The notes: a model not told the origin generated them from the letters alone. A stretch of 62,819 bases of DNA, filler included, from Circinaria calcarea (GCA_051942165.1; 13 parts of 13 records of this genome joined end to end with filler, not necessarily neighbours in it); one strand, 5' to 3'. Positions 25,913 through 38,273 are shown, counted from the whole stretch's first letter. Numbers and translations are program-made.

Positions 25913-26585
25913 AAGGCGGTATATTGTGATAGTTGCTGTATCCTATGGTCAAGATTATCCATTTCATTCCAGTATAGTTGATAATGATATGGTAATGTAA
26001 AAGAAGTGAGCTGCGCAAGGTGGGCGTTGAAATTCACCCCATGAACCCAATCAGACATGCTGCTTTTTCGGTGCCATGGCATCAAAGGTGAGCACACGCC
26101 ACACATGGTTAATCAAAGCACCCTTTATACCATGCATGCTCAGCCCACAACTGATTGTCCAATACAATGGGTTCGAGGCTGAGAAAAAAAGAAGAAAAGA
26201 AGAGAAAAAAACTCATTTTTGATTTCATCTACATAACATGGCATTGGCCTATCCTCTCGCATTACACAATCATTACTTTGGGGGGGGGGGCCTGGTCTCC
26301 AACCAATGAATAACCTAGGGAATGCAATGCATGCAAACGCTCGGCAGCGAAAAAATCACCCCTCTCTGCGGAAAGAACATTTTTTACGCAATCGGGTTCT
26401 TGGATAGCCAGCCGGTCCAGACGCAAAGAGATATATTTATTGATTATTGACTAGCTCCGGGTGGGGGAGAGGGGAGGGGTTTTGGATGCTGCTAGGAAGC
26501 CGTAAGAACTCTCTATCTATACTCGCTCGAGACAGATTATTGCACTTTTTTGCCCCCCCCCCGGGTGGAAGGTATAGATAGATAG

Positions 26586-26710
26586 ATAGGGGCTTACCGA
26601 GTCAGATGTAAATCCTATGGGAACGGGGATTTCGCGAGGTAGGTTCCACGCTAACAAGATATTCTCTATACCATATTAAGGAAAGGTATTTTCGCTGTAT
26701 GCTAGTTTAG
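26586..26710 (+). mobile_element. Degenerate family A LTR remnant
   Basis: Retains GGGCTTACCGAGTCA (~26590) and TTTCGCTGTATGCTAG (~26690), shared with the copy at 38103. Termini are not recognisable. Confidence 0.55.
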
Positions 26711-27214
26711 TTTGGAAGCGTACATGGTGGTTTTCAATGCATGTTATTTATATATGCCGCTCAATAGAAGCGGTTGACCGTTCTTTCCGATGGATAGGTT
26801 ATGTTTGGGTCTGGCGGCTACGTCTTTCCTGTGGGGCGTGGGGCGTCTTCGGCGGTTGGAGTGTGGGTGTGGGTATAGGTATGGAGCGCCGGTTCGGACT
26901 TGGTGTTTGAGGGTTGTGCGTAAGGAGAGGAGGGGGAAAGAGGGGAGATGGAGGTACGGTGTGGGTTTGGAAGGGGGGAAAGGGTGTTGGCTGGTGCTGA
27001 TGCTAGTGTATATTTGCTACCGGTGATTAAAAGCGTTTAGAAAGTTTCTTTGGATGGAAGTTGTAAAATGAGGCTGTGATGATGTGGTTTGAATAAAAAC
27101 CCCTGAAAGTTAAGAAGCAAATTGTTTTCTCCTACCTCAACTTTTGTTTGGTAACTTGATACTATCGTCGATCACCACATTAATCGAAATACGACGTACG
27201 GTTCTCCTGCTATC

Positions 27215-28120
27215 TCAGACTGCAGATAGTGTAATGTGGTACGACTCCGTATGCCTGACAGTTTTAATCCCCAGCAAATGGTGAACGTTCTTCTTGAAGT
27301 CATCACTGTTAGAGAAGCGCATGTGCTTTGACATCAACCCAGCCCACGAGATTGAGAAAGACTCTGCTTTTCTCCTCCTCATTTGCACCTCTTCTAGCGC
27401 CCACCCGTTATATACAGCAAGCGCCTCCGAACGCGCTAGAACAGGCCGGAATTTGTCGACAGATGACATGATGGCATCTCGATCACTGTCGACAGGAAAG
27501 TAAAGGTAGCCGATCTCAGTGGCACCTACTTTGCTGTTGGCGTCGAGGGCTGGAGCTGGGTTCCCTGAGGGTTCGAAAGGAACATGGAGTACAGTAACGG
27601 GTTTGTCGTCCTTGACTGTCGTTGGCATGGGCATTGAGCTGGAAGGTTACGACTTCGGTGATCATTTTGGCGGAGTTTGAAAAGTGGTAGATGGATGATA
27701 CTAACTCAGGCGTAAGGTTTGAAGATTCTTGACGCCGGACTTGACTGGTGGGAAAATCGAGAATACAGAATCAAACTAAGACGGACGGGTGGACGCCGAG
27801 TGAATTTATGAAAACCATGGCTACCCAAGTGTAAGGGCTCTACCCGAGAACCCCTACGAACCCTACGGGTGAACTATACACCGAGATCACGAGGTGTTGG
27901 CTTAGCGAGAAAGGTTTTCTTCGCGAAGCGTTACACCAGAATTCTTTAGCAATAATTCATACGCTTATGCGAACCTATTGAGCTCATTATCACACAGTTT
28001 ACCGACCCTTATCGTAAGATCATTATACTAGTCGTAGAAGATCCTTACACCAAGAAGGTCGAGGTGAAGGTGAGCGTAAACGGGCAGGCCTCTTCTGGGG
28101 TACCATACCAGAGATCCCTA
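27215..28120 (-). pseudogene. ABM/Dabb-like (dimeric alpha-beta barrel) protein pseudogene, apparently interrupted by a solo LTR
   Basis: C-terminal half reads HVPF..ALDA..GATEIGYLYFP..GWALEEV. The conserved VFLNLVGWVDVKAH is out of frame with MRF, indicating frameshifts. LTR 27830-28049 sits in the upstream part. Confidence 0.55.
27830..28049. mobile_element. Solo LTR, family C (220 bp, TGTAAGG...CCTTACA) with TSD CCAAG
   Basis: 7-bp terminal inverted repeat, CCAAG at 27825-27829 and 28050-28054, and a near-identical copy at 28329-28549. Confidence 0.88.
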
Positions 28121-28159
28121 AGTTATGCCGCATCCGGTTAAATGCCGCATTCCCCCCCC

Positions 28160-28328
28160 CCCTTTTATTTTTAATAATTAATTATTACAGAACAACAAGA
28201 ATAATTAGCGCTGTAAAAATTAAATATATTATAAATTAAATAAATACGAATAAGAATTAATTATTAAGGAATTAATTATTAAAATATTTAAATTTATAAA
28301 TAAATTTTTTATATAATATAATTTTAAC
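28160..28328. repeat. AT-rich RIP-degraded sequence
   Basis: Almost no G/C and TpA-rich, directly abutting an LTR. Confidence 0.7.
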
Positions 28329-28549
28329 TGTAAGGGCTCTATCTGAGAACCCCTACGAACCCCTACGGGTGAATTATACACCGAGGTCACGGGGTATTGG
28401 CTTAGCGAAAAAGGTTTTCTTCGCGAAGCGTTACACGAGAACTCTTTAGTAATAATTCATACGTTATACGAACCCATTGAGCTCATTATCACACAGTTTA
28501 CCGACCCCTTTTCGTAAGATCATCATACTATTCGTAGAGGATCCTTACA
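28329..28549. mobile_element. LTR, family C, second copy (no TSD)
   Basis: Direct repeat of 27830-28049 differing mostly by transitions. The flanks TTAAC and ATCCG do not match. Confidence 0.85.
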
Positions 28550-28649
28550 ATCCGCAAAGGCACCTTACCTAGAGCCCATTCCTAATTCCCAATTTCCAAT
28601 TCCCAATTTTTGAAATGGGCCAAAAGTCCCCCCAAAAGAAAAGAACAAG

Positions 28650-28780
28650 GCGAACCGAACCAGAACAAAACCAAATCAAAATCAAAAACAAAAACAAAAA
28701 CAAGAACGGCACGGCACGGCTATGCTATGCTATGCTATGCTATACTATACTAACTGAATTGAATTAAATTAAACTTTGCG
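28650..28780. repeat. Compound penta/hexanucleotide microsatellite
   Basis: (AACAAA)n, (ACGGC)3, (TATGC)4, (TATAC)2 and (GAATT)2 in series. Confidence 0.75.
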
Positions 28781-29150
28781 GCATAAGAAAAAAGAAAAGA
28801 AGAGATTGAGAGATTTATTTATCCAAAATATCCGTTTTCAAACCGGGACGGGGCGGGGGCGAATATTATGGGATGATGGGAAATTTATGGTCGGTAGATA
28901 GGTATAATAGGGACACAAATAAGGAAGGGGTACCTGCCATACTATACTGACTGACTGGGTCAGGTTAGATTTCGTTAGGTTAGGTTAGGGGGTGGGGGGG
29001 GGGGGGGGGGNNNNNNNNNNNNNNNNNNNNNNNNNNNNNNNNNNNNNNNNNNNNTTAATTAATTAANNNNNNNNNNNNNNNNNNNNNNNNNNNNNNNNNN
29101 NNNNNNNNNNGTCAAAGCCAACCAGTTGATGATTTACTGACTTGTCTTAG

Positions 29151-29324
29151 ACTGTAGAAGCCTCTTCCTACGAGACTCTAGAAGCACTTGCAACCAGAAT
29201 TGCTGAAGAAGGGCTGGAAAGCCGGTTTCCAATTAAACAGATTACTATATCAGCCGAGAAGCCGAGCGCTTTAACATTTGTTGACGGTGCAGGAGTTGAG
29301 ATCACTCGCACTTCGGTGCTCTAA
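29151..29324 (+). CDS. Last exon of a dihydroneopterin aldolase (FolB)-domain protein
   Basis: After a CTGAC..TAG acceptor the frame reads TVEASSYETLEALATRIA...ITISAEKPSALTFVDGAGVEITR, matching the FolB pattern LE.LA..IA / KP.A / GVEI.R. Confidence 0.8.
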   Translation, partial: TVEASSYETLEALATRIAEEGLESRFPIKQITISAEKPSALTFVDGAGVEITRTSVL

Positions 29325-29807
29325 CCCATCTCAATCAGAGGACTCGACATAGTGTGTGTATTTGATTCTTCGAAACGAGTGTCGAAAGAAAACAGGATCT
29401 AGTTCAGCAACACAGCAGTAGGTTGCACCAGCGGATTAGACTAGTCGGCTTGATCTCGAACATTCACCGACCAAAGAGCTCGAATTACCTATTGAACCCG
29501 CTCAAAGAGAAAGCTCTGATTTGTATCGAATTTTAGGTTGAAACAATGAAAAATGTCTCCTTTCCCAAATGTTAAATACAGTAAAAAAATATAGTAAAAC
29601 GCTCATGCTTCACTCCAGTGTTCAACAACAAGCCCGATAACAAAGTAACATAAAATAAATCTTCTCAAATTTTCCGCCATGTTCGGATTGGTAACTTTGT
29701 CTTCCAACCCTTTCAAGACTTGCTTGAACAATGAATGATCCGTTTAGCTCCCTGAGGCAATATGGGCATTTCCCATCGAGTCTTCGTACATGGGCATTTA
29801 CGTGTCA

Positions 29808-29870
29808 TTCCCAAAGGGTTCACACTGTTTCCCAAAGGGTTCATGCTGTTTCCCAAAGGGTTAATGCTGT
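29808..29870. repeat. 21-bp tandem repeat x3
   Basis: TTCCCAAAGGGTTCACACTGT / TTCCCAAAGGGTTCATGCTGT / TTCCCAAAGGGTTAATGCTGT. Confidence 0.85.
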
Positions 29871-31983
29871 TAACATCATACGTCCAGTCGCCTTCGCATC
29901 AACCAGCACCCATCCTGATACTTGTACCCTGACTTACTGTATACAGGAAGCCTTAACTTTCAGCCTCCTCCCAAAACATATTCAATCATTGCCGTCTTCC
30001 CCCCGGGGATCAAACTCCCAAGCTCCCCTTACACCCTCAAAGACAAATATCCCCATTCCAGAGCGAATCCCCCCCGCGGTTTGAAAACGAGCAGTTCACC
30101 CTATCACTTTGGCTATTCCGTGTACCCCGTACCTACGCACCCCCCGCGCCCCTGAGGAAAAATCCAAAATCTCATAAATAATCCATATCCCCTTCAAATC
30201 CCCCTTTTCTCCTCCCGGACCCCTACGTCTATCTACCTACCTTTCCCATACCCGCAATAAATTCCACAAGGGGCTCGGGAACCGCTCTCCATTCCCATCC
30301 CCATGGGGGTTAAGGGGCTAGAAGCTAGAACCGCACGGCGTTAAAGTACGGGGAGTCGGCACGGATATCTAACAACTCGAATCCCAGCACGTTGCATGCA
30401 TGACTAATGTCCCTTGATCCCAATCTCTCCCTCTTCCCAACAAACCAGCAAAGAAGAATTCCCAATTAAAACCCTCTCTCTCTCTCTGCGGCCCTCATCT
30501 CTCAATTGAAATCTACTGCCCCTAGAATCCCCAACCCATCTCAAAAATTAACTCGTAGAATGTAGAAATACTGGACGGCCGGAAAGCTCCCCTTAACTCC
30601 CTCCCCTTGATAATCGAAATGGAAAAGCGCCTGACCAAAAGTAAACATACTCCTCCCGTTGCTCCTGGTTTTTCATAAACCCCCCCTAACTTATCCCAAA
30701 AAATATAAACCGGTGGATTTGTCCGGGGGATGTTAGAGGAGAAGAGAGAGAGGGGAAATTAGGAAAGAGAAAGAGAGAGATGGGAAACGTCCTTTTCCCT
30801 TTCGCCTAGTGTGCCACCGTGGTGTAGGATTTTTATATTTATATTTTATTTTTGCGGGTATCCAAGACCCCTCAATCCCCTTCCCCTTCCCCCTTTTCTA
30901 TCAATTCCCTGTGTGGAATGGAAGGTAAAAGATTATATGCGCCCCTTCCGAGGAATTTTTTTTTTTTTTTTTTTTTTACTTACAGAGACAGAAGGATTAG
31001 GGGGGCAAGGAAGGATATCGGAGTCTCTATTCTGTTCCGTGTCCGTGTCCGTGAACGGGCCTGGTTCTGGGTTTGGGGTTCTGGACTCGGGGTTTGGGTT
31101 TAGGGTTCGTGGTTCGAAGGGCATATCATGCCTTCCTTCCTCTTCCGATAAAAAAAAAGATCAAGTTCGTTAATCCAAAACCCCCCGGCCCCAAAACCTA
31201 CCTCCCGTTTTCCCCGCGGGGAAAAATATACCCCTTGTACTCCCACCGGTAAGGTCTATAATCTAATTCTAAATATCTCAAACCCCTAGCCCGCGAAGCC
31301 CGATTATTCCCTTTTTTTCCCTTTTCCCTTTTCCCTTTTCCCTAGTCCCTAGTTCATGGGACTCAGTCTAGGTTAGAGTTAGAATTGGGGTTTTAGTTTC
31401 GGTTTCTTTTCGAACCCGATTGATCAAATCCGTGGCTTTTTGTTTTGTTTTATATTTTTCCTTCTTGGGAGATTTGGCGCCCTTGTGGAGTGGGGGTGGG
31501 AATGAGAACGGGAGTGGGAAGGGAGGGGGGAGATGGAAATCGGAAAACCCTTTCCTGGCATGAAAAAAGAAGAGGATGAGATTGACATTGTCGGTTTAAA
31601 CCGGGTCTCGGAGGCTTGATTGTTGTTAGCTTCTGGGTATTGAACGGAGTTGGCAGGTTGGTTTTCAGAAAACGTGGCACACTGGAGGAATATCGAGTGG
31701 AGCTGGATCACGGCCTGGAACAGTGAAACGGAAAAGGTTGTGTGTGCGGAACAGTCAGCTGGAAAGTGACGAATCTCGGGATGAAAGATGACAAAGTATC
31801 TAGACTCGAACCATGTCCATCAAAACTAGCTTACAACGAAGCGCATGAGGTAGGATAATCCCGTCACGAAGCCACGGAGAGCAAAACATTTTGAAAGCAT
31901 CCAAACCAAGATGGAAACAACAACGCCTTCGCCAAATGCCCCTACCCTCTTCCATTTTCACACTCGGGCCACATCGCGACAGT

Positions 31984-32810
31984 TCAACCGTAAATGAGCT
32001 TGAAAACGTCGTTGAAGACAAAGTAACTGCCGTCGGCCGGGAGGAGTTGGAAGACTTGGGTATATTTCATCGGCCGTTGCTCTTCGTCGACCTGGGACAA
32101 GGTTAGGACTGTCCACAAGCATTGCCTCTGGCCATTCAAAACAACGCATTCATCATCCAAAACATACCAACAGCGCCCCGGTAACCATCACAAGTATCCC
32201 ACCTGTCTCATTTGACGGTTGCGCATCGAGAGTAGTAACCTCGTGGGTGATCTTCTGGAACGGGAGAGACTATCGAACCACCACCCCCAGTTACGGAGTC
32301 AGCCATCAAATCGCAAACCAACTTCCTCCTAGATCAACTCCCATCGTTGGACAAACATACCACAAGTTTCTCTATTATCCCGGTGACGCCCCGCACCGGC
32401 GCCGATTCAAATGTAAGCATCGAAGGTTCGCGCTGTCATTATTAGCACTCCATCCCCAGGTCCTCATAGGGCGGGGGCGGATAATATCTACGTATAGAGC
32501 AGCCAAGTTCTTCCTGTCCGCGTCGAAAGTACTGTAGTAGAATTGGATAAATTGCTCTGGAAGGGGGATTTAGCAAGTATCTTTGCGCCTCGAGGGCAAC
32601 AAATGCTGATGGTTCGGGGAGGATAGCATTTGCCGTGGAGGTAGGAATGCTTACGAGCAATTTCTATAAAGTCTGTTTAAACTATTAGCCTCTGTATCTG
32701 TTTTCCACCGGGAGCGACTTGGGGAGAAGTCTGTGGGCTGGAAAGGTAAAGGTGACTCGAGATTTGATCCGGGGAAGCAGCAACGGAAAGAAGGATGGCT
32801 TACCTGCCAT
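31984..32810 (-). CDS. NTF2: Nuclear transport factor 2 (6 exons)
   Basis: Spliced product [39 protein letters not shown]...SLPFQKITHEVTTLDAQPS...ILVMVTGALLVDEEQRPMKYTQVFQL...YFVFNDVFKLIYG*. Confidence 0.96.
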
Positions 32811-33953
32811 GATGGGCGATAACGAATCGAGTTTCCTGGTAGTGGTTACGAAGTTTTAGGGATGGCGTAGAGGTCGGTAAAGAGGTGAAGAGGTAAACCG
32901 GAGCTCCAAATGGGCCAGACAGCGCATACGGATGTGGTGTACAGAGTACGGGAAGTGGGATGCCTGTAGGGCTGCAAAAATTCCGGAGCTATAATACCCC
33001 GTGCTTATGAGTTTCCGTCCACAATCCCCCTCGAGTTTACTTTTTCATTCTTCCAACAACACTCTTCCACGACACCATCTTCCCAACCCATCACTCACCA
33101 CACACCCGTAAGTCTTCCCCCCATCCTTCATCAACCCTTCCTCTTCTTCGACATGATGACCAAAACCTTCTAAACGATAACTTCCGAAAATTCATGAAGT
33201 CACAATCCAATATTTTTCAAGCTCAACAGTCTGACACCCACCTTCCTACGCTGCCATTTTTCCATTCATCTTCTAACTGGATTGGGGTATTATACTGATA
33301 CACGCATGTGTGGTCTAGGTTCGTGGATGCGGAGAGAGTCAAGTGAAATTAGAGAGGAGAGGTAAAGACTGGCGTGGGCGTGGGGATTTGTATGGATGGA
33401 AGCCCAGTGTATCGTCTACTAGCATTTCAATTAGGGTTCAATTGTTTGAACCCGTCATTGATTAGTTGCTTTTCTCCTTTCTATAATTCTATCGATCTAA
33501 ACACGACCATCCCCATAACCATAGCCACCATGCCTATTAATCCTCCTATCCCCTTCCCACCCCTCTGTCCGCCGCACCCCCCGATAAACACCGGCAATGG
33601 CGCACCGATAGTAGAATTTTCAACCAGCAGCGGCAAAGATGGCGCCTGACGCCCCGGAAGCGTATAATTCAAATATGCCCCAATCTTACTCTCACTGTAC
33701 GGTCCCCATCTCCCGTCAAGGGCCGTAAGTATTTACAATCCCAGGGTTAGTAGGTCACCTCCCGCACGCCCGGATTATCTTAGGGTACAGGGTAAGGTAT
33801 ATTGCGTGTCCCAGGTTGAATACCTATTAATCCGGTAATTAAATTCCCCTCCNNNNNNNNNNNNNNNNNNNNNNNNNNNNNNNNNNNNNNNNNNNNTTAA
33901 TTAATTAANNNNNNNNNNNNNNNNNNNNNNNNNNNNNNNNNNNNNNNNNNNNG

Positions 33954-34616
33954 GCAGCTCCGGCAACAAGTACTTCTACGGAAACCGATCAGTCATCAGA
34001 ATCAACTCTCCGCAATCGTAGCGACACTGCTAAGTCGTCTGTACCGAAGTCTGAAAGCGCCGCTTCGGCGGCTCTTAATGCACGTGACCCTACCTCTGAT
34101 CCCGCGCATGATTGGGAGAACGAAACTAAAGGCAACTCCCCGACATCGCCTACGGAAGCAGAACGGCGGCGTAGTAACGATATCGAAGAAGTACGCGACA
34201 TGCTACGTAGGGAAAGCACGCGTGGAAAGCGAAAGGATGGCGAGACTTTGTCACCAATGAGAAGACAGCCAGGGGTACCCACGATTACAGAACCTATGAG
34301 TAGGACTGGCGGCAATGGAGTGTTGCTCCATGACTATGTGTCTATAGCTGGATCGGTGATGCAGCAAATCCCAGAACAGGAACAATACTCGTCACCACCA
34401 CAAAGTCCGGGTGGGCCAGATCGGAGGAACAATAATCCATTTCGACCTTTACAGAGCCAGGCACAGCAAAACTCGCCTCCTCACGGCCCGTTGCCTCAGC
34501 TACCCCCACAAGAGACATCGTATCAACCGAAGCAACAGCAGACTAGGCGACAAGTGCCGGCAGGAAACAATTCTTTTGCACAGGCAAGGAGCGAGAGAAA
34601 TGACCATTTTGCTTAG
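33954..34616 (+). CDS. Hypothetical protein, low-complexity C-terminus (5'-truncated)
   Basis: The frame is open from the contig start. It is Ser/Pro/Gln-rich and contains NNPFR (NPF-like motif). Confidence 0.55.
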   Translation, partial: AAPATSTSTETDQSSESTLRNRSDTAKSSVPKSESAASAALNARDPTSDPAHDWENETKGNSPTSPTEAERRRSNDIEEVRDMLRRESTRGKRKDGETLSPMRRQPGVPTITEPMSRTGGNGVLLHDYVSIAGSVMQQIPEQEQYSSPPQSPGGPDRRNNNPFRPLQSQAQQNSPPHGPLPQLPPQETSYQPKQQQTRRQVPAGNNSFAQARSERNDHFA

Positions 34617-35539
34617 GGACACTGGCAGTCCTGTCTCCTTGGAAAGGTCAAGTCTCTGTGGCTTAAGATCCACTAGCGATGGTTTCGAGATCTTTGCGAT
34701 GAAAGCGGTTTAAGAGGTTGATCAAGGCAGGAGTCATATTTGGCAGAATTCTAGAGACAGATTCCATGAGTTTATCTTCCAGGAGCTAGGCGTAATGACA
34801 TGATGTCGATGTACGTAAGGATGACCGTTTTATTAGTAGCGTGCATCTCGTTCCGAATAGAATCTTTCGCAAGATATAAATCTGAAAACTCGAGATTTGC
34901 AATGATTGATATTGCGTGAGGATAAGGGGCTAACACAATAAGGATATGTCCATCTGAGAGACTGTGACACAATCATTGACTGGCTGCAACTCTATTGGTT
35001 GAGAAGCTGTTTAAAACACGAGGAAGACGTCAAGCTCTTCCTTCAACGCAATTCCAATTGTTAATGCCTACTTCGGCCTCATTGACCACCAGGGATCCCG
35101 TATTGTTTTGTCTTGGATAGTTTTGAGGTCGAGTACCAGAGCTAGTATGCTTTCTCCATCTTCCTCCAAGGGTTCTCTACTATCCGATCTTTCAGCAGTG
35201 ACTATAATTCTGGCAAGTATCGGTAGCTGTGGGATTCTAACCCGTTACCTGCTGCTGCAGCAGCCTTCATCTTTTGCTCCATGTACTCTAACGACTTTGC
35301 TTGTGTGCACACTTTTTAAAGTAATCCACTTGTGTATCTAAATAGTGGACAATCTCAAGAGGTGGAACGTATGGATACAGGCTTGAAGCTCGGCTCTATA
35401 CAAATCCCTTTCAGTAACAAAGCACGAGTCGCCTCTTATGCCGGTACGGTACCCGTTATCGACATAACAGCCGGGCACAATCATCTCATGACTACTTCTA
35501 GATAATGACACCGAGCCATCAACCAAGGCACCGTATAAA

Positions 35540-37648
35540 TATGACGAGCCTCAGCCATCTCCGCTATGCGATTTCTGTATGCAGATGCTTTCTTCATTGG
35601 GCAAGAGAGATGACGAGGGTAAGCGCGCAGTCAAAACATCCAATCTGGACCAAAGCATTTCCGCACTTGAAGATCCGCACCGGCAGGAAACTTGCCACTT
35701 CTGCCGTATGCGTTGGCGTCAGTACGACCTATCCGACCAGACCCAACTACGGCGTGACTAGCAAGGTCTGTGGTACGAGTACTGGGAAATGCTGTTGGAA
35801 GGCATTTTAGGCGTAGTTGGTCTCGAATCCCGATACGTATTGGAAAATGGGAATCGCAATCAGGCTCCAGGACCGCTGGCTTTGGTTCCTCTACAAGGTT
35901 TGGGAGTCTCTCCAGTACGAACATGTCCTTTGCGTTGATTTGATCTGTCGATGGAAGCAAATGTTAATATGTTGCGAAACACTAGCGTTGAGAATACTCC
36001 CTTCCTCGTCATTTCAAGAGAGCAACAATAGCGACACGAGCTGGGCGCTTGCGAGATCCTGGATTCATGACTGCATCGATTATCACCCGAAGTGCCGTCG
36101 TTATGCTTCACAAGATAAAAGGCTTCCTACACGTTTGATTGATCTAGGCCCTTGTGACGACAGGGTGCAGCCTCGGTTATATGATTCAAGCCGTCTACCA
36201 TTATCTACGAGATATGCAACATTGTCTCATCGTTGGGGTGCAGCGAATTACTTAGACTTACCAATGGAGCCGTTGGATTGTGGAAGGAGAGCATTCCCGC
36301 CGCCCAAATACCGTTGACGTATAGAGACGCAATGGAAGCCGCAAAGCAAATTGGAGTCCGTTATATCTGGATAGACAGCATATGTATCATCCAAGACTCG
36401 GTTGAGGACTGGTGGCGCGAAGCCGCCACAATGGCCGATGTTTATGGGAACTCGTACTGCAACCTGATGGCTGCGTCGGTCACACCTGACAGTACCTCTG
36501 GACTCTTCACCCACCGAGACCTTTGGGATCTGCAGCCATGCGTAATTAAGCCCCCAGATGACCTTGTCGATGGAGCACATGGTCAAAGCTATTACTGTTT
36601 CCCAATCAATATATGGAATCGAGGTGTTTCGTGAAGTCCATTATTCACTCGGGGGTGGGTAATGCAAGAGTCAACGCTTGCGCCACGCATTGTCCATTTT
36701 GGCAAGGATCAAACGTTTTGGGAGTGTTTGGAGATACGCGCTTGCGAGAGCTTCCCGGGAGGAATCCCCACGGAAAGTAAAGCGAAACCGAGCTTGCACG
36801 ATGTGTCCGATTCTAGTAGCTATTCGTCCAAGCGGAATGGATCTTCACTGACCCCATGCTATCGCTAGAAAGCGATTATAGAACGGTATTTGACAGCCAG
36901 CCTCACGTTCCCGGAGCGCGATAAACTTATTGCTCTCTCGGGAATCACCAGAAGGGTTGAAATGGGAGATCGGTATCTTGCCGGACTGTGGGAGAATCAT
37001 CTCATCACCCAGTTGCTCTAGGAGCGACAACGCCTATCCAAACTAAGCCGACCTACGAAATTCCAAGCGCCATCGTGGTCATGGGCTTCAGTTAACGGAC
37101 CGATTCAAGCGGGGGGCGGTGAGCAATATAACCCAGACGAGTACGTAGCCAAGGTCGTTGACTCCCACGTCGAGCTTGCGGGAGAAGACCCCTTTGGCCA
37201 AGTTGGCAACGGGCGACTCCAGGGCCAGGGGTCTCTTGCCACTACCACCGTTAATAGAGTATACTACCGGGGAACTGGCTTTTGGTCAACCATAATAAAC
37301 CAAATGAAGGTTTCCTACGCGCTCGATGAAGATCCAGATGAGGACGAAATGAGTTGCTTTATATTGACCCTTCTCGCATTTAGCTACGAGTCTTCTACAA
37401 GCGATCAAGCGTCCAAAGCGTCTTATACCATGCGTGGGCTCATCCTCCAGCCGACCGGCGAGAGGAAAGGAGAGTTTACCCGCCGGGGTACATTTGCTGC
37501 GTCGAACGCACATGGCGAATCATTCTTGTTTGTTTTAGACGTTTTCGAATTTACCTCTATTCACAAGCGCTCTGATCTTTATGAATCGGTGGCGTTGGAA
37601 ATGGATCCACGCTTAGGTTTCCCGCAATATATCATGAGTCTTATTTAA
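35540..37648 (+). pseudogene. HET-domain (PF06985-type) protein pseudogene
   Basis: LCDFC..CHFC, LPTRLIDL, YATLSHRWG, a frameshift at ~36236, YIWIDSICIIQD, MADVYGNS and RGWVMQESTLAPR. In-frame stops at 36632, 36866 and 37019. Confidence 0.9.
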
Positions 37649-37733
37649 ATGACTAGTGATGAATCAGTCCATACGCTCTAAACCATTTGAAGCTGTACAA
37701 GCTGAGCTGAGTTGATTTTAAGTTGCTGTCAAA

Positions 37734-37903
37734 CGTTGCAAGTCATAGGGCTTACCGAGTCACGTGTTAGCTTCGGCTAAGACACGGTCCATGCTCAACA
37801 CTCTCTACCCACTCCATAAAAGCACTTTTTCGTAGCATGGGTAGTTACTTAGTTACACACACACAGATAGCATAAATGCCGCCATATATATTGCTGTCCA
37901 ACA
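37734..37903 (+). mobile_element. Solo LTR, family A
   Basis: cGTTGCAAGTCATAGGGCTTACCGAG...TCCAACA. Flanks TCAAA and TCACA match at 4 of 5 bases (eroded TSD). Confidence 0.8.
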
Positions 37904-38102
37904 TCACATTCCCACCGACAATTGCCATAGCGTGTGCATATCTCCTCTCCGCCAACTATTCCACAATCTTCTCCCCCACCCAACCGACGCAGCAGGTATC
38001 AGTATCGACAAACAAGAAGCCAACTTGGTCACACAATATCAGTCTTTCTTCCTCTATCACAGATCTCCTGCAGGTGTACTCTACTAAAGACTTGTCCCAC
38101 AC

Positions 38103-38273
38103 TGTTGCAAGGCATAAGGGCTTACCGAGTCACATGTTACTCACGGGGTAAATGCGAGGTTCATGTTCAACGACTCTCCACATACCCTCTCCAAAAGCGA
38201 ACTCTTTCGCTGTATGCTAGCTTTTAGGACAGTTACACACTCCAGATAGCGAAAATAATATGCTGCTCAAACA
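38103..38273 (+). mobile_element. LTR, family A, divergent copy
   Basis: TGTTGCAAGGCATAAGGGCTTACCGAGTCA...CTCAAACA, with no clear TSD. Confidence 0.7.

Noticed and set aside
27830..28549. Complete TRIM or miniature LTR retrotransposon
   Set aside because: The first repeat has its own TSD and the outer flanks (CCAAG/ATCCG) do not match.
29808..29870. CRISPR-like repeat with palindromic CCC-AAA-GGG
   Set aside because: The units are contiguous with no unique spacers, no cas genes are present, and the context is eukaryotic.
37741..37840. U1 snRNA, TPP riboswitch or a known ribozyme in family A (CTTACC core)
   Set aside because: There is no ATACTTACCTG, Sm site, TPP core, or hammerhead/twister/HDV consensus. 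The termini and TSDs point to an LTR.
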